64,000 nt of DNA, from assembly GCA_035652255.1 (NCBI GenBank), contig DASRED010000047.1:3695-67694 (forward strand), given 5' to 3'. This DNA comes from Gaiellaceae bacterium. Its GTDB lineage: Bacteria > Actinomycetota > Thermoleophilia > Gaiellales > Gaiellaceae. Position 1 is the first letter of the stretch. Each line of letters starts with the position of its first letter. A model generated the notes under the pieces. It ran no database searches, was not told the origin of the DNA, and saw only the letters and a program-made list of their open reading frames with translations. Below, one piece after another: positions 35,686 through 44,263 of the stretch. The translations under genes were made by a program, and so were the position numbers.

Positions 35686-35880
35686 ATGGCGACGAGAGGT
35701 CAAACGCACGCGAAGCGGGCCCGCGAGCTCGAGCTGAAGGAACGCCGCGAGCGCAAGCAGGCGAAGAAGGCGGAGGCTGCCGCCCGGCGCCTCGCCGGCG
35801 ACGTGCTCCCGACCGACGCCGACGACGACGCAACGGATCCGGAGGACCAGCCCGAGCCGGAGCCGGAGTGGATCCGGTGA
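35686..35880 (+). CDS. small highly charged protein (64 aa), hypothetical
   Basis: ATG preceded by GAGAGGAGCG. MATRGQTHAKRARELELKERRERKQAKKAEAAARR... followed by an acidic tail. Confidence 0.45.
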   Translation: MATRGQTHAKRARELELKERRERKQAKKAEAAARRLAGDVLPTDADDDATDPEDQPEPEPEWIR

Positions 35881-35896
35881 CGCTCGTGCTCGAGCG

Positions 35897-36127
35897 GTGA
35901 CGGCCGACGCGCGCTCCGCGGCGCTCGAGGCGTACATCGTGCGCCGCGGCGAGCAGGGCTTCCACGTCGAGACGAGGAGCGGCCTGCAGGCCGTTCTCGT
36001 GCGCCGGCACCCGCTCTATTTCGCGCTCCGCTGGGTCTCCCGCCAGAAGGCCGAGCAGCGATACGTCGTCTCCGTCGACGAGCACTGCAAAGTCGCGGCG
36101 GTCGCGGCCCAGCCGCTTCGCTGGTGA
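35897..36127 (+). CDS. hypothetical protein (76 aa)
   Basis: Track ORF. No domain recognised. Confidence 0.35.
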   Translation: MTADARSAALEAYIVRRGEQGFHVETRSGLQAVLVRRHPLYFALRWVSRQKAEQRYVVSVDEHCKVAAVAAQPLRW

Positions 36128-36149
36128 ACTAAGGGCGTACGCTCGCTCC

Positions 36150-37607
36150 ATGCGAGCGATCGCGAGCGCGGCCGCCGTCCTCCTCCTCGCCGCGGCGAGC
36201 GCCTGCGGCTCCTCGGGAGGCCCGCCGCCGGGCGTGACGGAGTCGGCGGTCGAGATCGCCGCGCCGTCGAGCGCCGGGAAGGACGTCGACCCGACGCGCG
36301 GCGCGGGGCTCGCGTCCGTTCTCTGCCCGTCGGCGACGGCGTGCACCGGGCTCGGCGGCTACCACGTGTTGCACGGGCCGTCCGTCCGCCAGTTCCGGCT
36401 GATCCTTCGCGACGGCACGTGGACGCCGGACGACCGCTATCCGCCGCTCCTCGGCCTCTACGACTTCGCCTGTCCCTCGATCACGAGCTGCGTCGGCGTG
36501 ACGAACCACGGCCCGGGTGTCTCGCTGGTCTCCGAGAGCGGCACCACGTGGCGGAAGACGCCGCTCGCGCTGCCGGGCAGTCCCGCCGACTCGTCGATCG
36601 ACATCTCCGCCCTCGCGTGCGGCGGCCCGGTCGAGTGCGTCGCCTTCGGCTCGTACCGGCCGCAAGGTGGGCCGAGCCACGCCTTCCTCGTCAGCGACCA
36701 CGCGGGGACGTGGGAGCGTCCCGTCCTCCTCCGGGTCGAGTTCTCGTCCGTCGCCTGTGCGGCGCCGGGGGAGTGCACGGCGCTCGGGTCGAAGTCGGCC
36801 GGCCACGGCGCGCTCTTCCCCTGGGTCATGAGCGAGCACGGCGGGCAATGGGGACATGCGCAGTTCCTCGCGCTGCCGGCCGACGCGTCGAGCGCGCGCG
36901 ACTCGCGCGGCAAGTCACCGTTCATGGGCTTCTCGGGGCTCGCGTGTCCCTCGCCCGGAAACTGCACGGCGGCCGGCGGCTACGTCGACCGGCGGCACGA
37001 CTTCGAGGGCGTCCTCTTCACCGAGCGGAACGGGCGGTGGCTGCCGGGAGTGAAGGCGCCGTCCCCGGCCGACGCCGTCCCCTGGACGGACGGCAACGAG
37101 CTCGTCGACCCGCTCGGTGCGGTCGCCTGCGGCGCGCCGGACGACTGCTCGGTGCTCGGGTCCTACGTCAAGGACGCGTCCGGCTACACACGCGCGATGC
37201 TTCTGAGCGAGCACGACGGGAGATGGACGGCGATCGTCCCGTCGCTCCCGTCGAGCGCTCCCGGCGGCGTGGCGCTCACCGGCGTCGAGTGCCCCTCGCG
37301 CGGCGAGTGCGTCGTGGTCGGCTGGTACTCGACCGGGCACGACACCCCTGGCCAGTACGGCGACGCGACGTTCGGGCTCGTCCTGCTCGAGGGGCACGGC
37401 CTCTGGGAGCACGGCTTCGCCGCCGCGGTGCCGCGGAACGCCGCCGGGTCGGCGGGGTCGCACACGCTCCTCGACTCCGTCGTCTGCCAGACGCCGCGTC
37501 TCTGCCGGATCGACGGCTCGTACGTCGACAAGGAGGGCGCGGCGCTGAAACCGGGCCCGCCGGGTCCGCCGCAGCGGGCCTTCCTCCTCACGCTGCGGCT
37601 CGGCTGA
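36150..37607 (+). CDS. lipoprotein with about 8 BNR/Asp-box-like repeats, each carrying a Cys pair
   Basis: Lipobox LLLAAASAC. Repeated CxxxxxCxxxGxY followed by S/T-E-x-x-G-x-W (SESGTTW, SDHAGTW, SEHGGQW, TERNGRW, SEHDGRW). Confidence 0.75.
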   Translation: MRAIASAAAVLLLAAASACGSSGGPPPGVTESAVEIAAPSSAGKDVDPTRGAGLASVLCPSATACTGLGGYHVLHGPSVRQFRLILRDGTWTPDDRYPPLLGLYDFACPSITSCVGVTNHGPGVSLVSESGTTWRKTPLALPGSPADSSIDISALACGGPVECVAFGSYRPQGGPSHAFLVSDHAGTWERPVLLRVEFSSVACAAPGECTALGSKSAGHGALFPWVMSEHGGQWGHAQFLALPADASSARDSRGKSPFMGFSGLACPSPGNCTAAGGYVDRRHDFEGVLFTERNGRWLPGVKAPSPADAVPWTDGNELVDPLGAVACGAPDDCSVLGSYVKDASGYTRAMLLSEHDGRWTAIVPSLPSSAPGGVALTGVECPSRGECVVVGWYSTGHDTPGQYGDATFGLVLLEGHGLWEHGFAAAVPRNAAGSAGSHTLLDSVVCQTPRLCRIDGSYVDKEGAALKPGPPGPPQRAFLLTLRLG

Positions 37608-37640
37608 GCCGGGGCTCGGCCGATTCGCCGTCCGGATAGG

Positions 37641-38078
37641 GTGACGGGGATGGACGCCGTTCCGAAGCGGGAGAGCTCGGCGGCCTCGGCTCGCCGGGCG
37701 AAGGTGGGCGTGCAGCGCGCGAACTCCGCGCTACGGCGTGCCGAGGACTGGGCGGAGCGCATCGGCGCCGCCGACGCGCGGGACGACGCCGCGCGGGAGC
37801 GCTCGGGCGCATCGCGGCGGCGCACCTCCTCCGCGCGGGCTCGAGGCGCTGCCAGCGCTCTGCGATCGCAGCCCGGTGACGTCGACCGGGCGCCGCTCGC
37901 CGACGAGCGCGACCGCCTCGCCGACGAGCGGGACCGCCTCGCGGACGAGCGGGAGAGGCTCGCGGACGAGCGGGAGCATGACGCGGATCGCCGCGACCGC
38001 GCAGCCGACGTGCGTGACCGGGCCGCAGACATGCGCGAGCGTTCCGCGGACGAGCGCGAGCTCCGCGGCGACGCCTAA
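37641..38078 (+). CDS. hypothetical protein with ADERDRL heptad tandem repeats
   Basis: 145 aa. LADERDRLADERDRLADERERLADEREHDADRRDRAADVRDRAADMRERSADEREL. Corresponds to 21-bp DNA tandem repeats at about 37897..37980. Confidence 0.45.
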   Translation: MTGMDAVPKRESSAASARRAKVGVQRANSALRRAEDWAERIGAADARDDAARERSGASRRRTSSARARGAASALRSQPGDVDRAPLADERDRLADERDRLADERERLADEREHDADRRDRAADVRDRAADMRERSADERELRGDA

Positions 38079-38088
38079 CGCACGGCCG

Positions 38089-39042
38089 TCAGGCGGCGGC
38101 GCGGGCGGGCTCGAGGAGGAGCTCCGCGATCTGGATCGCGTTCAGCGCGGCGCCCTTGACGAGGTTGTCGCACGCGAGGAAGAGCACGAGGCCGCCGTGC
38201 TCGCTCGCCCGGTCGGGGCGGATCCGCCCGACGAGCACATCCTCGGTCTCGGCGGCCGCGCGCGGGCTCGGCGTCTCGACGATCCGTATGCCCGGCGCGG
38301 CGGCGAGCAGCGACTCCGCCAGCTCCGGCGAGAGCGGCCCGTCCGTCTCGACCCAGACCGACTGCGAATGGCCGACGAGCACCGGCACGCGCACCGTCGT
38401 CGCGCTGACCGGCAGCTCCGGCAGCTCGAGGATCTTGCGCGCCTCGGCGCGGATCTTCGCCTCCTCGTCGGTCTCGTCGCCCTCCCAGTCCCAGTCGAAC
38501 CCGAGGTCGTGCTCGTCGGGCGGCTCGGCGCGGAGCTGCTCCATCCGCTGCGCGCCCGCGCCGGAGACCGCCTGGTACGTCGAGAGGCGGACGCTGCGCA
38601 GGCCCGCCGCGTCGTGGAGCGGCTTGAGGACGCACGTGAGCGGGATCGTCGAGCAGTTCGGGTTCGCGACGACGCGGGTCGTCTCGAGGGCGGTCAGCGC
38701 GCGCTCGCCGTTCACCTCCGGCACGACGAGCGGATAGCCGTCGGCGAGCCGGTAGGCGCTCGACTTGTCGACGACGAGCGCGCCACCCTCGACGGCGTGG
38801 GGGACGAGCTCGCGGGACGCGGCCGTGCCGCAGGAGAAGAGCACGAGGTCGAGGTCGCCCGCGGAGAGCGCGCCGGCCGTCGCCTCCTCGACGACGACGC
38901 CGGTGCCCAGCTTGCGACCTGTCGACCGCGAGGATGCAAAGGCCCGCACGTTCTCGTAGCCGCGCTCGCGGAGGAGCCGCAGCGTCACCGTCCCGACGGC
39001 GCCCGTCGCGCCGACGACGCCGATCCTCGCGTCCGCGCTCAC
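38089..39042 (-). CDS. asd: aspartate-semialdehyde dehydrogenase
   Basis: GTG start with GTGA overlap with ask. IGVVGATGAVG, and active-site Cys context ANPNCSTIPL. Confidence 0.9.
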   Translation of the reverse strand: MSADARIGVVGATGAVGTVTLRLLRERGYENVRAFASSRSTGRKLGTGVVVEEATAGALSAGDLDLVLFSCGTAASRELVPHAVEGGALVVDKSSAYRLADGYPLVVPEVNGERALTALETTRVVANPNCSTIPLTCVLKPLHDAAGLRSVRLSTYQAVSGAGAQRMEQLRAEPPDEHDLGFDWDWEGDETDEEAKIRAEARKILELPELPVSATTVRVPVLVGHSQSVWVETDGPLSPELAESLLAAAPGIRIVETPSPRAAAETEDVLVGRIRPDRASEHGGLVLFLACDNLVKGAALNAIQIAELLLEPARAAA

Positions 39043-40274
39043 GCCGTCCCGAGCTCGAACGCGTCGTGCAGCGCCGCGACCGCCTTCGGCACGTCGCCGC
39101 TCGCGACGTGGCAGGCGATCTTGATCGGCGAGGTGGAGATCACCTCCGCCGTGACGCCGGCCTCCTCGAGGGTCGCGAACGTCTTCGCCGCGATGCCGGG
39201 ATGGCTCTTCATGCCGGCGCCGACGAGGCTGACCTTCCCGAGGTCGTCGCGCATCGACCACTCGACGTCGAGGCCGCCGAGCAGCTCCTCGCAGGCGGCC
39301 CGGTCCTCGAGCGGCGCGCTGAAGACGATCTCGCCGCCTGTCACCTGGAGGATCGTGTCGACGTTGACGTTCGCCGCCGCGAGCCGGTCGAAGAGCCGCG
39401 CCGCGTCGATCGCGCCGACGCGGTAGAGAGGCTCGCAGTCGGTGTGCGCGACGCCGCTGATGATCGCTTTCTCGAGCACAGGATCCTCTTCGTCGACGAT
39501 CCACGTTCCCCCTGCGTCGGAGAACGTCGACCGCACGTGGAGCCGCACGTCGTGGTTGCGCGCGAACTCGACCGAGCGTAGCTGGAGCACCTTCGCTCCG
39601 CTCGCCGACAGCTCGAGCATCTCCTCGTACGTCACCGCGGCGAGCTTGCGCGCGTTCGGGACGAGGCGCGGGTCGGCGGTGAAGACACCCTCGACGTCGG
39701 TGTACATCTCGCACGCCGTCGCGCCGAGCGCGGCCGCGAGCGCGACGGCGGTGAGGTTCGAGCCGCCGCGGCCGAGCGTCGTCACGTCGTGCGAGTCGGC
39801 GGAGACGCCCTGGAAGCCGGCGACGAGGACGATCTTGCCGGCGTCGAGAGCCTCGTTGATCCGCGTCGCCCGCACCTCGGCGATCTTCGCCTTGCCGTGG
39901 ACCGTGTCCGTGACGATCCCCGCCTGCGAGCCGGTCAGCGAGATCGCCTCGTGCCCGAGATCGTGGACGGCCATCGCGCAGAGCGCGTTCGAGATCCGCT
40001 CGCCGACGGAGATGAGCATGTCGTACTCGCGCGGGTGCGGCTTCGGCGAGATCTCGTGGGCGAGCCGGATCAGCTCGTCCGTCGTGTCGCCCATAGCCGA
40101 GAGGACGCCGACGACGCCGTGCCCCTCCTCGCGCGCGCGGACGAGCCGCCGGGCCACTTCCTTGATCTTGTCCGGGTCGGCGACGGACGTGCCGCCGAAC
40201 TTCATGACGACGAGGTCGCGCCGCGGCGAGTCCGCGTCTGCCGTGACCTCGGGAACCGTCTCGTGTACGGCCAT
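39039..40274 (-). CDS. ask: aspartate kinase
   Basis: 411 aa. VMKFGGTSVAD, C-terminal ACT domains. Classic ask-asd operon. Confidence 0.92.
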   Translation of the reverse strand: MAVHETVPEVTADADSPRRDLVVMKFGGTSVADPDKIKEVARRLVRAREEGHGVVGVLSAMGDTTDELIRLAHEISPKPHPREYDMLISVGERISNALCAMAVHDLGHEAISLTGSQAGIVTDTVHGKAKIAEVRATRINEALDAGKIVLVAGFQGVSADSHDVTTLGRGGSNLTAVALAAALGATACEMYTDVEGVFTADPRLVPNARKLAAVTYEEMLELSASGAKVLQLRSVEFARNHDVRLHVRSTFSDAGGTWIVDEEDPVLEKAIISGVAHTDCEPLYRVGAIDAARLFDRLAAANVNVDTILQVTGGEIVFSAPLEDRAACEELLGGLDVEWSMRDDLGKVSLVGAGMKSHPGIAAKTFATLEEAGVTAEVISTSPIKIACHVASGDVPKAVAALHDAFELGTA

Positions 40275-40287
40275 GCGGGAAGTTTGC

Positions 40288-40881
40288 CTACGTCATTTCG
40301 CGCCGGCCCGAGAGCGCCCGGCCGAGCGTCACCTCGTCGGCGTACTCGAGGTCGCCGCCGACGGGAAGGCCGCTCGCGAGGCGTGTGACGCGGACGCGGT
40401 CGCGCAGCCGGCCGGCGAGATACGACGCGGTCGCCTCGCCGGTCGCGTTCGGGTTCGTCGCGAGGACGACCTCGACGACGCCGTCGCTCTGGACGCGGTG
40501 CAGGAGCTCGTCGATCCGCAGATCCTCGGGCTCGACGCCGTCGAGCGGGGAGAGCGCGCCGCCGAGGACGTGGTAGAGGCCGCGGTACTCCGCGGTCCGC
40601 TCGAGCGAGACGAGGTCGACGGGCTGCTCGACGACGCAGATCGTCGTGCGGTCGCGGCGCGCGTCGAGGCAGATCGCGCAGAGCTCCTCCTCGGTGAGGT
40701 TGCCGCACTCGCGGCAGAAGCGGACGCGCTCCTTCACCTCGCCGATCGCCGCCGCGAGCGCGAGCGCCTCCTCCTGCGGCACCTGGAGGATGTGGAAGGC
40801 GAGCCGCTGCGCCGTCCGGCCGCCGATCCCCGGCAGGCGCGTCAGCTGGGCGACGAGGTTCTCGACGGACGGGCTGAGCAT
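40288..40881 (-). CDS. recR: recombination protein RecR
   Basis: 197 aa. Zinc finger CRECGNLTEEELCAIC, plus a Toprim domain. Confidence 0.93.
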   Translation of the reverse strand: MLSPSVENLVAQLTRLPGIGGRTAQRLAFHILQVPQEEALALAAAIGEVKERVRFCRECGNLTEEELCAICLDARRDRTTICVVEQPVDLVSLERTAEYRGLYHVLGGALSPLDGVEPEDLRIDELLHRVQSDGVVEVVLATNPNATGEATASYLAGRLRDRVRVTRLASGLPVGGDLEYADEVTLGRALSGRREMT

Positions 40882-40922
40882 GGGCGGAGGGTACTGGTCC
40901 GTTCCGGACGTAAGATCCAGGG

Positions 40923-41345
40923 ATGGCCGACCCCGTCTCCTGGCTCATGATCCGGCCCGGCTGGAAAGTCGTCGCATCCGACGGCGCCGAGGTCGGCTCG
41001 GTCGACGAGGTCACCGGGGACGAGGGGCAGGACATCTTCGATGGGCTCGCCGTGGCCACCTCCGCGCTCGGCAAGCCGATCTACGTCCCGGCCGAGAGCG
41101 TCGGGCCGATCTACGAGGGGCGGATCGAGCTGACGCTGTCGGCGGAGCAGGTCGCTGCGCTCGGCGAGTACGTCGAGCCCGCGACGAGCGAGGTGATCGA
41201 GGCGGACAACAAGGGCGGCTTCGGCGCGACGATCGGCGCCGACGTCCGCGAGCTCGAGGGGAAGGCGATCCACCCGGTCGAGCACCAGAAGCCGTTCGGG
41301 CTGGTCCGCCGGATCTTCTTCCTGTTCCGGCGCTCGCGCGGCTAG
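40923..41345 (+). CDS. PRC-barrel/DUF2171-like protein
   Basis: 140 aa. GWKVVASDGAEVGSVDEV...DIFDGLAV pattern. Confidence 0.55.
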   Translation: MADPVSWLMIRPGWKVVASDGAEVGSVDEVTGDEGQDIFDGLAVATSALGKPIYVPAESVGPIYEGRIELTLSAEQVAALGEYVEPATSEVIEADNKGGFGATIGADVRELEGKAIHPVEHQKPFGLVRRIFFLFRRSRG

Positions 41346-41440
41346 CGCGGCGAGAAGTCGAACGCCCAGCCCCAGACGACGACGCCGATCAGGGCGAGGA
41401 CGAGGGCCGCCCAGAGCCAGTTCGAGAAGAGGTCGCGCAT
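41342..41440 (-). CDS. very small membrane peptide (32 aa), hypothetical
   Basis: Own translation MRDLFSNWLWAALVLALIGVVVWGWAFDFSPR. ATG lies 1 nt after the ybaB stop (TGAGATG). Confidence 0.3.
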   Translation of the reverse strand: MRDLFSNWLWAALVLALIGVVVWGWAFDFSPR

Positions 41441-41441
41441 C

Positions 41442-41768
41442 TCAGCTGCCGAGTCCCGGCAGGCCGCCCATTCCCATCTCGCCGAGCATCTGCTGCGCCT
41501 TCGCCTCGACGCCGGCGCGCGCCGAGCGCAGCGCCTCGTTGACGCCGGCGAGGAGCAGGTCGGCCAGGGCGTCGGGGTCGTCCGGGTCGAGCGCGTCGGG
41601 TGAGACCTCGATCGCGATCACCTCGCCCGCTCCGTTCGCCGTCACCTTGACGAGCCCGCCGCCGACGGAGGACTGCGCCGTCTCCTGCGCCGCCTCCTCC
41701 TGCATGCGCTGCATCCGCTCCTGCATCTGCGCGGCCTGCTGCATGAGCTTCTCCATGTCGAACGCCAT
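41442..41768 (-). CDS. ybaB: nucleoid-associated protein YbaB/EbfC
   Basis: 108 aa. Conserved dnaX-ybaB-recR synteny. MQQAAQMQERMQRMQEE ... GGGLVKVTANG. Confidence 0.9.
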   Translation of the reverse strand: MAFDMEKLMQQAAQMQERMQRMQEEAAQETAQSSVGGGLVKVTANGAGEVIAIEVSPDALDPDDPDALADLLLAGVNEALRSARAGVEAKAQQMLGEMGMGGLPGLGS

Positions 41769-43376
41769 CTACGGCTCCCGCTCGTGCGCGTCGAACTGCT
41801 CGGTGAACTGCTGGACGAAGTCCTCCTCGCTCGCGGGCTCGTCTTCCACCGCGACGGCCGTTTCACGCGCCTCGCCGAGCTCGAAGGAGACCTCGAGCCG
41901 CCGGCCGGTGACGTCGTAGAGCGCGTCCGCGAGCAGGGTCGCGTTCTTCGGGTCGCGGGCGAGGTCGAGGTGGAACTGGGCGGTGGGTGGGAACTCGAGC
42001 GTCAGCGTGTCGCCGTGGAGGTCCGCCGGATGGGCCTCGCGCAGGAGCGACGCAGTCGGGATGCCGCCGCGCTCCTCGACCGCCGGCAGCACTGTCCGCG
42101 ACCACGCCTCCTGCAGCTGCTCGAGCTCGAGGTCGGGCGGCGCAACCTCGGCCGCGGGCGCCGCCGCGGGAACGGGCGCGCTCTCGTCACTTAGTGACAA
42201 CTTGTCACTAAGTTGGACGGGGCTAGGGGGGACAGCTCCGGCCCCCTGCTCGAGGCGCTCGAGGCGGAAGGCGACGGACTCGCGCGACAGGTCGGCGGCG
42301 GGGCGCGTCACCTTGACGAGGGCGAGCTCGAGCGGCAGGCGCGGATCGCCGCCCTGGCGCATGTCGTCGACCGCGACCGCGAGGAGATCGATCAGGCGGA
42401 GAACGGCCGCCTCGCCCATCTGCGCCGCCTGCCCGAGCAGCCGCTCGCGCGTTTCCTCCGTCACGGGCAGCGCCTCGGGCACCTCGCCGAGATGCTGCAC
42501 GAGCATCAGCTGGCGGAGGTGCTCGATCAGGTCGAGGACGAGGCGGCCGAGGTCGTGCCCGCGCTCGGAGAGCTCCTCGACGAACGTGAGCGCGCCGGCC
42601 GTGTCGCGGTCGATGACGAGGTTGCAGAGCGTGAAGAGCGCCTCCTCCTCGACCGTGCCGAGCAGCTCGAGGACGGCCTGCACCGTGATCGTGCTGCCGG
42701 TGGAGGAGGCGAGCTGGTCGAGTGTCGAGACCGCGTCACGGTACGCGCCCCGCGCGCCGCGCGCGACGAGCGCGAGGGCCTGATCGGGCACGTCGACTCC
42801 CTCGGCGTCGGCGACGTGCCGCAGGACGGTGACGAGATCCTGCAGGCGCGGGCGCTGGAAGACGAACGTCTGGCAGCGCGAACGGACCGTCGGGAGCACC
42901 TTCGAGAGATCCGTCGTGCAGAAGACGAAGACGAGATGCGGCGGCGGCTCCTCGATGAGCTTCAGGAGCGCGTTCCACGCTGCGTCCGTGAGCTGGTGCG
43001 CCTCGTCGAGGATGTAGACCTTGTAGCGCCCCTCGACCGGTTGGAGAACGACCCGGTCGCGGATCTCCCGGATGTCGTCGATGCCACGCTGCGAGGCGGC
43101 GTCCATCTCGACGACGTCGAGGGAGGTCCCGGCGGCGATCGCGGCGCAGGTATGGCACGTTCCGTCGGGCGTCGTGGTCGGGCCCTGCGCGCAGTTGAGG
43201 CACTTGGCGAGGATGCGCGCCATCGACGTCTTGCCGGTGCCGCGCGGGCCGGCGAAGAGGTACGCCTGCCGGAGGGCGTCGCTCGTGATCGCGTTCGACA
43301 GCGTCCTGACGACCGCCTCCTGGCCGACGACCTCCGCGAAGCTCTGGGGACGGTACTTCCGGTAGAGAGCGGCCAC
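41769..43376 (-). CDS. dnaX: DNA polymerase III subunits gamma/tau
   Basis: GTG start (VAALYRKYRPQSFAEVVGQ) inside track ORF 41769..43556. Walker A GPRGTGKTS, ILDEAHQL, and a Cys-rich zinc module CLNCAQGPTTTPDGTCHTC. Confidence 0.9.
   Translation of the reverse strand: MAALYRKYRPQSFAEVVGQEAVVRTLSNAITSDALRQAYLFAGPRGTGKTSMARILAKCLNCAQGPTTTPDGTCHTCAAIAAGTSLDVVEMDAASQRGIDDIREIRDRVVLQPVEGRYKVYILDEAHQLTDAAWNALLKLIEEPPPHLVFVFCTTDLSKVLPTVRSRCQTFVFQRPRLQDLVTVLRHVADAEGVDVPDQALALVARGARGAYRDAVSTLDQLASSTGSTITVQAVLELLGTVEEEALFTLCNLVIDRDTAGALTFVEELSERGHDLGRLVLDLIEHLRQLMLVQHLGEVPEALPVTEETRERLLGQAAQMGEAAVLRLIDLLAVAVDDMRQGGDPRLPLELALVKVTRPAADLSRESVAFRLERLEQGAGAVPPSPVQLSDKLSLSDESAPVPAAAPAAEVAPPDLELEQLQEAWSRTVLPAVEERGGIPTASLLREAHPADLHGDTLTLEFPPTAQFHLDLARDPKNATLLADALYDVTGRRLEVSFELGEARETAVAVEDEPASEEDFVQQFTEQFDAHEREP
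42189..42223. repeat. AT-rich palindromic element, copy 2 (in-frame inside the dnaX linker)
   Basis: ACTTAGTGACAA-C-TTGTCACTAAGT, perfect 12-nt arms, followed by TGGACGGGGC. Shares a 31-mer (2 mismatches) with 11161..11191. Confidence 0.85.
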
Positions 43377-43538
43377 CCGACGATTCAAGCAGATCGTCGA
43401 TCGACCCTCCGCCGCCGCGACCGACCCGAGCGGGCGCGGCACACAGACGCACGCCGTCAGCACGCGAGCGGCGCAAGCCGCTCGCAGACGAGCGAGCGGA
43501 AAGCGAAGCCGAAGGCGGAGCGGGCGGAGCGGGAAGAT

Positions 43539-43635
43539 GGGCCGGGCTTGCCGCACACGACCCAGGAACTACTTAGCGCTGCTTCCTCCCGGATCTGACG
43601 CGGTTCGCAGGCTGGGACTGCACGGAGCCCGACCC
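43539..43635 (-). ncRNA. ffs: signal recognition particle RNA (small 4.5S-type)
   Basis: The minus strand reads GGGUCGGGCUCCGUGCAGUCCCAGCCUGCGAACCGCGUCAGAUCCGGGAGGAAGCAGCGCUAAGUAGUUCCUGGGUCGUGUGCGGCAAGCCCGGCCC. The domain IV core GUCAGAUCC-GGGA-GGAAGCAGC matches the E. coli GUCAGGUCC-GGAA-GGAAGCAGC with a GNRA loop. The 5' and 3' ends pair. Conserved position upstream of dnaX. Ends are approximate. Confidence 0.75.
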
Positions 43636-43660
43636 GCCGGGAAGGGTAGCCTCCCGCGCG

Positions 43661-44263
43661 ATGGCCGACGCTCGCCGAGCTCTCCTGACCGGACTCTTCG
43701 ACCACGCGCCGATGTTCCCGCCGGCGAGCATGCCGCTCGACGAGGCGACAGAGGAGGATCGCCGCGCGCAGGCGAGCGAGCACGCCTGGCTGCTCGGGCG
43801 CTTCGTCGTCCCCGCCGGGACGGAGGTCGAGGGACGCGAGCTCGCGGTCGTCGACGGCGGCACCGAGCGCCAGGGCGAGACGGTCTTCGTCGAGGGCGTC
43901 TCGAAGATCCGGTGCGGCGGTGCGGCGATCCCCCCGGTGGACGAGGTCGCCGGCTTCGTCCGGCGCTGTCGCGACGAGGGCGTCCTTTTCAAGGCGACGG
44001 CGGGCCTCCATCACGCCTACCCGACTCCCGCCGGCGAGCACGGCTTCCTCAACCTCCTCGCCGCGGTCGTCTTCGGCGACGAGGAGGAGGCGTTGCGTGA
44101 GGGCCGCGGCGCGTTCGAGCTCGACGCCGGCTCGTTCCGCTGGCGCGGCCGCGCAGCCGGCGCCGCTGAGCTCGCCGAGATCCGCGCGTCGCTCTTCCAC
44201 TCGATCGGCAGCTGCTCGTTCTTCGAGCCGGTCGGCGAGCTCGAGGAGCTGGGAGTCATATGA
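43661..44263 (+). CDS. hypothetical protein
   Basis: 200 aa. ATGA overlap with the downstream fumarylacetoacetase gene. No domain recognised. Confidence 0.55.
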   Translation: MADARRALLTGLFDHAPMFPPASMPLDEATEEDRRAQASEHAWLLGRFVVPAGTEVEGRELAVVDGGTERQGETVFVEGVSKIRCGGAAIPPVDEVAGFVRRCRDEGVLFKATAGLHHAYPTPAGEHGFLNLLAAVVFGDEEEALREGRGAFELDAGSFRWRGRAAGAAELAEIRASLFHSIGSCSFFEPVGELEELGVI

